The notes below the pieces were generated by a model, which was not told the DNA's origin, searched no databases, and worked only from the letters and a program-made list of their open reading frames with translations. A DNA stretch of 64,000 nt, taken from assembly GCA_963826715.1 (NCBI GenBank), contig CAWGYA010000005.1, forward strand, positions 32,001 through 96,000, written 5' to 3'. This document shows positions 9,936 through 19,777 of the stretch, in pieces. The DNA is from Candidatus Bathyarchaeota archaeon. Its GTDB lineage: Archaea; Thermoproteota; Bathyarchaeia; Bathyarchaeales; Bathycorpusculaceae. A program made the translations under genes and the position numbers. Every line of letters starts with the position of its first letter. Positions within the stretch are counted from its first letter, which is position 1.

Positions 9936-10142
9936 ATGGGGTTCTTTGATTACTTTGACTTGACTAAGCCCTGTGATGCCTGTGGAAATCTTAATGCAGG
10001 GCTTAAGTGGTGTCCCAAATGTAAAATCAGCTTTTGCCAAGTTTGCTACGTGAATTTATTGTATAATCAAATAATGAAGGATCCAAACTGTATGACTTTG
10101 ATGTGTCCTTTGTGCGGTGGATTATTTGAAATTCCAAAGTAG
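9936..10142 (+). CDS. Cys-rich small Zn-finger protein
   Basis: CDAC, CPKC, CQVC, CPLC; start taken at MGFFDY. Confidence 0.6.
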   Translation: MGFFDYFDLTKPCDACGNLNAGLKWCPKCKISFCQVCYVNLLYNQIMKDPNCMTLMCPLCGGLFEIPK

Positions 10143-10285
10143 CGGTATTTTTTGATGAGGTGCAACAGCAAGATCAATTTGGTTTATGGCGTCGTTGCTC
10201 GCTGCACTTACAAAATTCCCGCTTGCAGCAATTAAAACAAGAAAAAAGTTGAGTTGGTTGAGGTAGAACGCTTTAAGATAGGCGA

Positions 10286-10723
10286 TTAAACATTGTCTGG
10301 GACGAGTTTTTTTCCCTTTTCTGTGATTTCTATAGCGCCAATTTGTTTGAAGATATTCACATTGTCTGTGACGTTCCAGTACTCTGCAAGTTTGCCGTTC
10401 GCGATGCGATATATGTCAACTGCTTTAGATGTTATCTTCTTTCCTGTGGGGGGTAGTCCCATAAATTCGCCCTTATGTGTACCAGTGTAGGAAAGGCGAA
10501 CCCAAACTTTGTCTCCTTCAGCGATAATGTCTTCAATAGTTTCGTGCCAATCAGGAAAAGCATTAACCCCCATAGCAATTAGTTGTTTGAGACCTTCACG
10601 ACCGATATTGTTAGAGTGATCAACATAATCTTGTGAAACAAAATTGTCAATCAATTCTATTTTTTGTTCATTGTAGGCTTCAATAAATCCACGAACTACT
10701 GACTTATTCGTTTCTAATGACAT
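10286..10723 (-). CDS. SnoaL-like ester cyclase family protein
   Basis: AFPD...IEDIIAEGDKVWVR...GTHKGEFMGLPPTGK. Confidence 0.92.
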   Translation of the reverse strand: MSLETNKSVVRGFIEAYNEQKIELIDNFVSQDYVDHSNNIGREGLKQLIAMGVNAFPDWHETIEDIIAEGDKVWVRLSYTGTHKGEFMGLPPTGKKITSKAVDIYRIANGKLAEYWNVTDNVNIFKQIGAIEITEKGKKLVPDNV

Positions 10724-11005
10724 ATAACTTCAACTCTGAGTTATTGGTATGTTAAAATTAAAGATTTTGTTGATGCTCAGATAGTTCGACTTCGAATCTT
10801 ATTCAAGAGCTGAATATTTGTTTGTAATTTGTTTGGGCTTCTGTCAGTCGTGCTTGGATGGGGAATTTTTGTTGGAAACAAGAAGGAAAGCACGAATTGC
10901 TAAGAGGCGATTTACAAAAGTCCTTCAAAGAAGAGTGATATTGGCACTTTAAATTAAGATAACTCATTTCAATGGGTATTTCGAGTTTATCTTTTTTAAT
11001 CAAGC

Positions 11006-11440
11006 TTAGAGGTTGCCTTTGTGCCATATTTTTATCGTTTCGTAGCTAAAAATTAGGAGAAAGATTGATGTTATTAATATTAAGAAGAGGTATTCTGGAT
11101 TTAGAAGGTTTGGTTGGAGAAAAATCATTTCAATTGTGAGGGCAAAAACTGCGAGTAATGAATAGAAGAAATATCTGGGCACTATGAAATGGCTTATTTT
11201 TATGCATCTTTCTAACATCACTTTGGTTACTTCGTAGTTGCCAAATTCGTGTTTTACAAGTTTAGAATATTCAAATCTTTTGAGGTGGTGCTGAACCATG
11301 CCTGGACTGCTTAGGTGTAGCGCTCTTTGGATTTCTCTAGCTCCTAAAGGGCGGTGTGCCTTTAGCATGTAGCGATAGATTTTGAGTCCCGTTCCGTTAA
11401 GGTCATGAACTGATTTTATTTCATCAGTCAATCCTCTCAC
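11006..11440 (-). CDS. Membrane-anchored winged-HTH transcription regulator
   Basis: LKIYRYML...LGAREIQRALHLSSPGMVQHHL, then two TM helices. Confidence 0.8.
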   Translation of the reverse strand: MRGLTDEIKSVHDLNGTGLKIYRYMLKAHRPLGAREIQRALHLSSPGMVQHHLKRFEYSKLVKHEFGNYEVTKVMLERCIKISHFIVPRYFFYSLLAVFALTIEMIFLQPNLLNPEYLFLILITSIFLLIFSYETIKIWHKGNL

Positions 11441-11713
11441 TTCCTGCGTGACACTAAATTAGTTCTGAAAGCACTGCCTTATTAATTAATACTGAATATG
11501 TGCTGTTTGTGGTATCTGTACAACAATTATTCAAGAAAATGATGCTAAATGTTGAGATTAGTTGTTGTTTAATGTGGTGGTTGGGTTAATTTTTGGTAGT
11601 TTTTGTTGTACTAGCCTGTTTTCTTTTTGACCTAGGGCATAGTATTAAATGCTGAGTATTGTGTATTGAGAAATTAATTGGGATTAACCAATCAATTGGG
11701 CGGGTGAAAACAG

Positions 11714-12106
11714 TTGATAAACGCTAATAATGCCAACCACAAAAAACCTTCTCAAAGGGCAAAAATCAACCAGCGTCGTTGTATTGTTTGCGGAGGAATG
11801 CGGACGATGCTTAGGGGGCAACTTTTTTATCAGTCAGGTCGTTCGAGGTTTGGTGCTCCTTTTTGCAAAGAACACTCCATTCACTACCATGAGTATGCTC
11901 ATCCTGTTTTCGAAAATAAACGTGCGTTCGATCTCTTCAAGTTTATGTTTCCTAAGTCTTTTCAAAAAAATGTTGAGGGTAAACTTGTTCTTTTCTTTGA
12001 TACCTATAAACATGTGTCGGATAGCAAATGGGCTTTAGTTTTTTCGGAGTCTGATATGGAAAACAAGCTTTATCTTAATAGAACATATATTAACCCCGTT
12101 CGCTAA
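11714..12106 (+). CDS. Hypothetical protein with CxxC...CxxH motif
   Basis: RRCIVCG...PFCKEH; GGTGA SD before TTG. Confidence 0.55.
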   Translation: MINANNANHKKPSQRAKINQRRCIVCGGMRTMLRGQLFYQSGRSRFGAPFCKEHSIHYHEYAHPVFENKRAFDLFKFMFPKSFQKNVEGKLVLFFDTYKHVSDSKWALVFSESDMENKLYLNRTYINPVR

Positions 12107-12111
12107 TCAGC

Positions 12112-12129
12112 CATATCGTTAGCGATATG
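12112..12129. promoter_or_regulatory. Putative PadR operator palindrome CATATCG-N4-CGATATG
   Basis: Perfect 7-4-7 inverted repeat ending 8 nt before the PadR start. Confidence 0.7.
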
Positions 12130-12136
12130 AGAGACA

Positions 12137-12670
12137 ATGATGCAAACTGAAGGGGTTCCTCGAGGTCTTCTGCGATTCTTGGTTTTAAAATTCCTATCTG
12201 AAAAACCAATGTCTGGAGTTGAAATCGTTGACCGCATCGCTACGGAAACAAATGGGCGCTGGAAACCAAGTTCTGGATCAATTTACCCTCTTTTATCAAG
12301 ATTGCAGCAAAGAGGTTTCACTTTGGAATCATCAAAAAGTGAAAGTGGAATGCGGCAATATACCCTTTCAAATGAGGGGCAGAGATTCTTTGAAGAACAA
12401 GTAAAACTTGGGCAGAAATTTATGGAAAAAATGCAGTGTCTTGCTCCTATGTTCATCGAGGGTTTTCACTTAGGAATAAGCGATGAGAAATTGCAGCCTG
12501 CTAAGGAATCAGCAAAAAGGCTTCTGCAGATATTTATCGAATTGGAAACAAAAAAGAATCAACTAACAAAGGAAAACATCGTTGAAATAACAAGAATTCT
12601 CGATGATTCCGGAAACAAACTTATAAAGATAATTCAAGAAAACGCTGGAGATAACCAGCAGCTTCACTAA
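12137..12670 (+). CDS. PadR family transcriptional regulator
   Basis: GLLRFLVL...PMSG.EI...WKPSSGSIYPLL...YTLS..G. Confidence 0.92.
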   Translation: MMQTEGVPRGLLRFLVLKFLSEKPMSGVEIVDRIATETNGRWKPSSGSIYPLLSRLQQRGFTLESSKSESGMRQYTLSNEGQRFFEEQVKLGQKFMEKMQCLAPMFIEGFHLGISDEKLQPAKESAKRLLQIFIELETKKNQLTKENIVEITRILDDSGNKLIKIIQENAGDNQQLH

Positions 12671-12681
12671 ATAGGAAATGA

Positions 12682-15600
12682 TTGAGTATGGGAATAAAAG
12701 CTAGCTTTTTGATTGCATGGCGATCTTTATCAAGACGTAAAAGCAAAAACCTAAGCGCCATTTTAGCTGTAACTTTAGGTGTAACTTTGCTTGTGGGTAT
12801 TCAAATTACAACTGCTACTTTGAACAATGCTTTTCTGTCAAGCCTCTCTCAAAGTCAGGGCGAAGTAGATGTCCAAATTTCTAACAGCACATTGGGTGGG
12901 TATCTCAGGCTTGAAGACCAGGCGCTGATTTCGAGTCTTGCGCCTGATGCGGTGGGGATTTTGCCTGAGCTTACGGCTCAGATTCCTGCTTTGGTAAATA
13001 GTCAATTTGATCCTAAGATGGATGTGGCGGGGGTTCCTGCTGATTATCCTGCGGTTTTCGGTAATTTCTATGATTGGCATACGGGCGACAAAATGGATAT
13101 CAACAGTTTACTGAGTAGTAACTCAAGTATTCTTTTGTCAAGTAAGCAAGCTGAAAAATTAGGGTTAGATAAGCAGACAGCTTTGCCTGTTACTTTAACC
13201 ACGGAATTCACTAACCTCACTAAAAACCTCATCCCCCCGACTGTTCCATTAGTTAATTGGACAATAAACGCTAACCTCACAAGCGCAGACTACCTGTTCA
13301 GTAGCACCCCAACTAATTTGACCTTGCAAGTGCAACCGATCAATTATCAGGGTATTGTAATGGCTTACTCAACTGAGAGTCCGCCACTGAATCTAACTAA
13401 CTATTCTTATGTTAACATAACCGCTACGGGTTCTCCAAATGCGGCTGTAATTCTTGGTTTTCTGTTAGATGACGGAACAACCATGACTGTGGCGAATTTA
13501 ACAGATCCCTCAACTCTAAACAGTTTATCTTTTAATCTTGCGCCCTATGCAGGAAGAAGTCTAACTGGTACGAGTTTTCTATCTGCTTTGAGCCTAAACG
13601 GAACCAACGCAAACCTTGACATAACCGAGATAGCCTTTGAAACTTACAACAAAACCGTATCCCCGCGGCTGCCGTTTGTCACATATTCCTCTGAGATATC
13701 GAGAGTAAAACTGCAGGTAGTAGGCATTTATGATTCTAATCGCCCAGGGATAGGCTCTCAATATTCTGGGGCAGTGTTTAAACTGGAAAACCTCCAAGAT
13801 TGGCTTAGCTTAAAAGATAAAAATCAACAAACCGACATCATAAGCGCCTTCGCAATTGCCTACAAAGGAAACCATTTTGTTCAGGAAATAGATCAAAACT
13901 TTTTGCAGACCCAAGTGGACAACCTAAAAGCCACAATCCCAAAAGATACTAATCCTAACACGGGCGAGGCAGTAGATATCTACCAAATTAGTTCTGCCCG
14001 ACTAAACTTCTTTGATCTGGCCTCATTTTTCATCACATTAATGAGCACTATGCTAACTGCATTGGGCTTTTTGATTATGCTCACAGGCGTGTTGCTAATC
14101 ACTAACATCCAACTTATGAGTGTTGAAGATCGAGAATTCCAAACTGGTGTGCTGCGGGCTGTTGGTGATAATCGGCGAGGAATTTTCCAGTCCATAATGA
14201 TTGAAAATCTCTTTCAAGGAATAATTGGCGGTCTCCTTGGACTCGTGGGAGGGCTTGTTTTTGGGCAAGCCGTAGCAGTTTACCTTGTTGGTTTGTTTGG
14301 GACAGGTGCGCTTAGCGTCCAACCGGTTATCTCCACAACAACTGTCATTCTTTCAGTTTTGATTGGTATGGTCCTCAGTATTGTAACTGGTGTTCTTCCC
14401 GCTGTAAGAGCTTCGCAAGTGAAAATTGTTGATGCTTTGCGGGGAATACAAGTTAAGTTCAAATCTAAATCTAGTAGAAACTTAGCTGCCCTTGGTGTCT
14501 TGATGGCAGTGTTGGGCATTTTTGTTCTGATGTACAACGGAGTGCTTGACAAGCAAACCCAGGTGTTTTGGAGCAGTCAAGGCTGGGATAGTCTTGGTGA
14601 ATGGAGAAACCTGCTGATAGGCTTTGGCTTCTTAACTGGGGGGTTAGGCTTTATTCTTTCACGCTTCATCGACCGAGTTAAAGCCTTCAACATAACCGCG
14701 ATCACTCTCTGGGTTTTCCCCTCGATTCTATTCGTTTTTGCATTGGGCAACTGGGTAAAGGGAGTCACAGGTTTATCGATTGATATTTTAATTTTAGGTA
14801 TCATCGAAATAATCATAGGCTCTATCTTGTTTGTAGCCCTTAACTTGCCTATTCTAATGCGGGGTCTTAGAACAATTTTGATTAAGGTTCGCGGTGCAAA
14901 AGGCATCGCTCAATTCTCACCCGCACTCATTTCCTCACACATTACCCGCTCGACCCTAACTTTCGCCATATTCGCAATCATCCTAACGTTAAACGTCTTA
15001 GTTGCTGCATTAATCCCAACCAGCCTGGGAACTGCGACACAAATCGAGCAAGACTCAAATGGAGTAGATTTCACAGTCTTTCTAAGTAAACCTGAAGCAA
15101 TTATTCCAGGAACCAACTACACTCAAGAAATCTTCAAGATTGATAGTCGAATAACCGATGTAATTGGCTTTAAAACTTTCAAGCCTGGTGATGACTTTAC
15201 GAAGTTTGTTTCGTTAAGTGACCCTACGTCTGATGAGTTTGATTACAAAACGGATTTGCTTCCAATTGGCCTCGGGGAATTTACGCCTGATCAAATTCGA
15301 GGTAATGCTTCTAACTATTTAGATAGTGACTGGCGTTATCCTGCTTATCTGTCCGCATTTCCAGATGGAGTTCGCCAATCAGTAGTCTCTGATATGTCAG
15401 ATAGCCAAACCTTAGACTTATCTAAGCAGTCATGGGATTTGCTCTTCAACAATACGTATCAGATGGCTGCATACAATGTTTCTTCGAATTTGCTTTCCAT
15501 AATTTCAGGTGAAGGATCTATCTCTGACTTAAACTTGGGATCAGGCGATCCCTTAGGTTCGACAGGGGACGATCCATTAGCCAATGTGCAGCCATTGACC

Positions 15601-16497
15601 GATAACACAACTAGTGTAATCAAGCACCCCATAGTGTTCACCGACTCTTTCTTGTTGCCTGTTGGAATGCAAATTTGGATACCAATGAACGATTCATCAA
15701 GCGTATTACCAAACTATCAAGCCTTTACAATTGGAGCTAGTCTTGATTCACAAAAAGGCGGAGGTTTCCCTCTAGGCGGAGGATTGCGTTTTGGATCAGG
15801 TGATAGCGACTTTAGTTCAATACTGGGATCAGTGTATCTTTCTGGTTACTGGACAAACCAAACAAACTATTTAGGAGAAGCAGATGGTAAAACCCAAACA
15901 TCCAGAGCACCAGGCCAATTTGATGCATACTTAATTAAAACCTCTCTTCCAATTGATGACCCACAACTTGATGACATTGCTCAAAAGATCCAGGAATTCA
16001 CAAACACCAATGATCAAGGATATCGCCTGCTTGCTGGTGATGACTTCTATGTTGCAAGCACCAAATTAACCTACTCATCAATCGAAACCACCCTACAACT
16101 AACAGATCGCATAGCCTCGTTCCTGCAAATTTACGTCACATTTGGGCTTGTTATAGGCGCGGTAGGTATGGGTGTAATCTCGGTGCGTAATGTCTCTGAG
16201 AGAAAACGCGAAATCGGTATGATGCGGGCAATTGGGTTCTCTAGAGGAGAAGTTGTGTTTTCAGTTCTGTTTGAACTAGTTGTTTTGGGAATAATTGGTT
16301 TAGCAATTGGTGTTGTTGACGGATTGCTCATTAGCGTAGGGTTTGCTAATATGCAGGATACAGCGCTTGTGATTCCCTGGCAAGAAATAGGAGTGTACCT
16401 TTCAATCATAGTGTTGATCGCCATCGGTTCAGGTTCCATACCTGCACTTGTGGCATCAAGAATCCCCCCTGCAGAAGCTTTGAGGTATGTCGGATGA
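12682..16497 (+). CDS. MacB/FtsX-like ABC transporter permease (two FtsX halves, large extracellular domains)
   Basis: AWRSLSRRK, SVEDREFQTGVLRAVG, ERKREIGMMRAIGF, IPPAEALRY. Confidence 0.92.
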   Translation: MSMGIKASFLIAWRSLSRRKSKNLSAILAVTLGVTLLVGIQITTATLNNAFLSSLSQSQGEVDVQISNSTLGGYLRLEDQALISSLAPDAVGILPELTAQIPALVNSQFDPKMDVAGVPADYPAVFGNFYDWHTGDKMDINSLLSSNSSILLSSKQAEKLGLDKQTALPVTLTTEFTNLTKNLIPPTVPLVNWTINANLTSADYLFSSTPTNLTLQVQPINYQGIVMAYSTESPPLNLTNYSYVNITATGSPNAAVILGFLLDDGTTMTVANLTDPSTLNSLSFNLAPYAGRSLTGTSFLSALSLNGTNANLDITEIAFETYNKTVSPRLPFVTYSSEISRVKLQVVGIYDSNRPGIGSQYSGAVFKLENLQDWLSLKDKNQQTDIISAFAIAYKGNHFVQEIDQNFLQTQVDNLKATIPKDTNPNTGEAVDIYQISSARLNFFDLASFFITLMSTMLTALGFLIMLTGVLLITNIQLMSVEDREFQTGVLRAVGDNRRGIFQSIMIENLFQGIIGGLLGLVGGLVFGQAVAVYLVGLFGTGALSVQPVISTTTVILSVLIGMVLSIVTGVLPAVRASQVKIVDALRGIQVKFKSKSSRNLAALGVLMAVLGIFVLMYNGVLDKQTQVFWSSQGWDSLGEWRNLLIGFGFLTGGLGFILSRFIDRVKAFNITAITLWVFPSILFVFALGNWVKGVTGLSIDILILGIIEIIIGSILFVALNLPILMRGLRTILIKVRGAKGIAQFSPALISSHITRSTLTFAIFAIILTLNVLVAALIPTSLGTATQIEQDSNGVDFTVFLSKPEAIIPGTNYTQEIFKIDSRITDVIGFKTFKPGDDFTKFVSLSDPTSDEFDYKTDLLPIGLGEFTPDQIRGNASNYLDSDWRYPAYLSAFPDGVRQSVVSDMSDSQTLDLSKQSWDLLFNNTYQMAAYNVSSNLLSIISGEGSISDLNLGSGDPLGSTGDDPLANVQPLTDNTTSVIKHPIVFTDSFLLPVGMQIWIPMNDSSSVLPNYQAFTIGASLDSQKGGGFPLGGGLRFGSGDSDFSSILGSVYLSGYWTNQTNYLGEADGKTQTSRAPGQFDAYLIKTSLPIDDPQLDDIAQKIQEFTNTNDQGYRLLAGDDFYVASTKLTYSSIETTLQLTDRIASFLQIYVTFGLVIGAVGMGVISVRNVSERKREIGMMRAIGFSRGEVVFSVLFELVVLGIIGLAIGVVDGLLISVGFANMQDTALVIPWQEIGVYLSIIVLIAIGSGSIPALVASRIPPAEALRYVG

Positions 16498-17237
16498 AAA
16501 CCAAAAAAACAATACAATCGCAAGATGAAGCTATTCTCCAGATAAGTGACTTGCATAAGCGATACAATGAAGGCAAATCTAACGAAGTTTATGCCCTTCG
16601 CGGGGTAGACTTAACAGTCAATAAGGGTGACATGATGGCAATCATGGGTCCGTCTGGATGTGGAAAAACTACTCTGCTCAACATGATTGGGAACTTGGAT
16701 CGTCGCTCATCGGGGCAGATCATAATTGATGGTGTTGACACTTCCACTTTGACTGATACTCAGAAAACTACTTTTCGCAGAGATAAAATCGGATTCATTT
16801 TTCAATTGTTCAATCTGTTTCCCTTTTTGAGTGCTGTTGAAAACGTTGAAACTCCGTTGCTGCTTCGGGGGTTAACCTCTGGTTTAGCAAGAGAGCAGGG
16901 AAAAATGATGTTGCGTGAATTAGGCATGGGTGATCGTCTTTACCATCTTCCCAAAGAACTCTCTGGTGGACAACAACAAAGAGTCGCTATAGCTCGTGCG
17001 TTAATTAATCAACCCGCCATAATTTTAGGCGATGAACCTACTGGTGATTTAGATTCATTAACAAGTGCGGATGTCATGGACTTGTTTCGTCGAATCAACC
17101 GCGTGAATCGTCAGACGCTCATTTTGGTAACTCACAACCGTTGGATCGCCGAAAAATGCGACTACATCGTTCATATGAGCGATGGTCAGATTTCAGGTAT
17201 AGAAAATAACAAAAAAAGCGTGGAGGCTAAACAATGA
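16494..17237 (+). CDS. ABC ATP-binding protein, LolD/MacB type
   Basis: [31 protein letters not shown]; ATGA overlap with permease. Confidence 0.95.
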   Translation: MKTKKTIQSQDEAILQISDLHKRYNEGKSNEVYALRGVDLTVNKGDMMAIMGPSGCGKTTLLNMIGNLDRRSSGQIIIDGVDTSTLTDTQKTTFRRDKIGFIFQLFNLFPFLSAVENVETPLLLRGLTSGLAREQGKMMLRELGMGDRLYHLPKELSGGQQQRVAIARALINQPAIILGDEPTGDLDSLTSADVMDLFRRINRVNRQTLILVTHNRWIAEKCDYIVHMSDGQISGIENNKKSVEAKQ

Positions 17238-19048
17238 AAGCTTACTATTCTGCCTTAATTGAGCGATCTGCCACTTCGGAAAATGCAAAACTTTCCAAGA
17301 AGTTATCATCGACTTTGAAGAGAAATTTCAAAACTCGCACTTCAAAAATTCAAAAGAAGGAATTTAACACTTTTATTTTTCTCTCCGCTGAAAGCCAAAA
17401 ACCTCTCGATGCACAGACCGTTGATCAGACAAGGCAGAAACTCCAAACGCAACTTCAAGATTACTACGTTAAAAATAGATCAAAGCTTGAAAAGAAGCTA
17501 AAATCTAGCCGAGAATTAAAAGAGACTTCACATATTGTCGGAATATTTCTAAAAGAAATTGATCCTAAACTTCAAAAAGTATTCAATATTGACCTTAAAA
17601 AACATCTCTCAGATCTTCCAACTCAATTCTATGAGATACAGAATAGTAGTTTTGCCGCAGTTTGGTCTTTAAACGAAGTCCCTGTAGTTCAAATGTATCT
17701 GTCATCACGCCCAACTCAGCTTTTCAAGCTTGCGCAAGTTACTAGCCCAGCAGAAATAGAGGCTATGGTTGATAAGGTTGAATTTCTCAATTTCTTCTCC
17801 ACATTTTTAGATCCAACTCTGAAGCGGCTTAAAGACATGAATGGTGTCTTGGAGCGGCTTAGGTTAGGTCTTGAAGGAACCCACTTTAAAAGCAGCGAGA
17901 AAGAAACCCAAAACAAGCTTGAAATGTTCTTGCGTATTTTGTCAGCAAAGCTTAGTGCACTGCAAAACTTGGACAAGGCTATCCTTTCGATATTTAAGTT
18001 ATTTATTGAAGTAAACGAGTTCTTCAAAAAAACCAAAATTATTAATGCCACCGATGGTTTAGCGAATGTTGTTAAAGAAATTTCTAAACAGATAGCTGAG
18101 GGCAAAAAAGAAGTAGCCTCAGTTCAAAAGAAGCTCGATAAATGTCTGCTTGATCTTAAAGATTATTTGGATGAAACAAAGAACTCAGTAAAAATCGTCA
18201 GTTCCAAAGACGAGTTTAAACTATCGTTATTCAATTTGGCTGAATTGAGTTCTGATTTGTTTATTCAAGCTGAACTGTCTAAACTTTGGATAGATTTTTT
18301 TAACGCTGACATTCCCTACTTTGCATTCCAAACTAACCTCTTCCACGTAAAAGTTCCGCAAGCTTCAGATGCCTCTGCAGAAAGCATTATCTCGGTTCGA
18401 GGTTTGGTCAAAAATTACAACTTGGGCGAAACAACTGTCTATGCAGTTAGAGGCGTAGATATTGATATCAGAGACGGAGAATTTGTAGCCATAGTTGGTA
18501 ACTCTGGCGCTGGGAAAACTACTCTGCTTAACTGTATGGCGGGTTTGGATGATCCGGATTTTGGTGCTGTTTTTTTCAAAGGAAAAGATATTCACGGCTT
18601 AGATGATAAAGAGAAATCTCGGGGTAGATTATTGGATATGGGCTTTATTTTCCAAAATTATGCTTTGTTGCCTCATTTTAATGCTCGTGAGAATGTTGCT
18701 TTGCCTGCGGATCTTGCTGGTTTTAGTAAAGATTTGAAGGGTAGAATTGAAGAGTTGCTTGAGGGTGTTGGTATTGGTAAGCAAGCTAAGCAGTTTCCTT
18801 CTCAACTTAGTGGGGGGCAATTGCAGCGGGTTGCCATAGCGCGGGCTTTAACTAATCGCCCTAAGGTTTTGTTTGCTGATGAACCGACTGGTGATTTAGA
18901 TTCGCAGACTGGCAAGCAGGTTATGGAGTTGATCAAGAAATTCCATGAGGAAACAAAAACTACAATTATTATCATTACTCATGAGAAAGAGATTGCTAAT
19001 TATGCTCAGAGGAAGATAAAGATAGAAGATGGCTTAATCGAAAACTAA
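17234..19048 (+). CDS. ABC ATP-binding protein with a ~385-aa N-terminal helical extension
   Basis: C-terminal [21 protein letters not shown]; N-terminus is coiled-coil rich. Confidence 0.88.
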   Translation: MKAYYSALIERSATSENAKLSKKLSSTLKRNFKTRTSKIQKKEFNTFIFLSAESQKPLDAQTVDQTRQKLQTQLQDYYVKNRSKLEKKLKSSRELKETSHIVGIFLKEIDPKLQKVFNIDLKKHLSDLPTQFYEIQNSSFAAVWSLNEVPVVQMYLSSRPTQLFKLAQVTSPAEIEAMVDKVEFLNFFSTFLDPTLKRLKDMNGVLERLRLGLEGTHFKSSEKETQNKLEMFLRILSAKLSALQNLDKAILSIFKLFIEVNEFFKKTKIINATDGLANVVKEISKQIAEGKKEVASVQKKLDKCLLDLKDYLDETKNSVKIVSSKDEFKLSLFNLAELSSDLFIQAELSKLWIDFFNADIPYFAFQTNLFHVKVPQASDASAESIISVRGLVKNYNLGETTVYAVRGVDIDIRDGEFVAIVGNSGAGKTTLLNCMAGLDDPDFGAVFFKGKDIHGLDDKEKSRGRLLDMGFIFQNYALLPHFNARENVALPADLAGFSKDLKGRIEELLEGVGIGKQAKQFPSQLSGGQLQRVAIARALTNRPKVLFADEPTGDLDSQTGKQVMELIKKFHEETKTTIIIITHEKEIANYAQRKIKIEDGLIEN

Positions 19049-19268
19049 TGATTTTCATATCTATTTTTTGGGGATCATCCCGTTCTTATTTTTTATAAAG
19101 AAAATTCTTGTACCAAAGTTTGGAGTTAATGCAATTGGTTGGGATTTGAAGTCAAAGTCTTTTTAGGACTACTGACTATGGATTAAGACTTATTTAATTT
19201 TTTTAATTGGATCTTTTTCTTAAAAAATCTTTTATAACCTTATTAGTTTGATGCCATGTAAAGCGTTC

Positions 19269-19676
19269 ATGAAGAAATCAAATTTATTAATACTTGCAGT
19301 AGTTGTCAGCGTGATCGCTGTTGCGGCAGCTGGTTCGCTTATTTTCTCAGGCATGGTTGGTTCTATCTTTTCAGCTAATAGTGTACCAGAGCTCAAAGAT
19401 GCTTCAGTAGCATTAGACCTTGGAGGAGGATACAATGCTGAGACAGGAATGTTTGATTTAGAGGGCACTGCCCAAAACATGGGTGAGAAAACCGCAATGA
19501 ATTGTAGAGTTGAAGTCACATTCTTTAACGTCGATACAAGCGAGGTAATAAAAACTGAAATGATCACTATAGGTGATGTGCCTGCTGAGAGCTCAAAAAC
19601 AATCAATACATCCATTGAAATTCCAAATGGCTCGACACTAGTATCTTTCCACATAGGCGACCCCCTGTGGGGATAG
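19269..19676 (+). CDS. Membrane-anchored Ig-like (FxLYD-like) protein
   Basis: N-terminal TM; GTAQNMGEKTA..CRVEVTFF; start taken at MKKSN. Confidence 0.65.
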   Translation: MKKSNLLILAVVVSVIAVAAAGSLIFSGMVGSIFSANSVPELKDASVALDLGGGYNAETGMFDLEGTAQNMGEKTAMNCRVEVTFFNVDTSEVIKTEMITIGDVPAESSKTINTSIEIPNGSTLVSFHIGDPLWG

Positions 19677-19777
19677 TCGCTAACGCCATTCTTAGTTAAC
19701 TTGTAAACCAAGAAGTTTTTTCTTTTTTTCCAAATGTGCCCGGGCAGAGTTTGGTTCTGCTATGGTTTTGAGTGTGG

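Noticed and set aside
4202-11478. GGCAGTGC at 4202 and its inverse near 11471-11478 as IS ends of a composite element
   Set aside because: Only 8 bp match, no transposase between them and no target duplication
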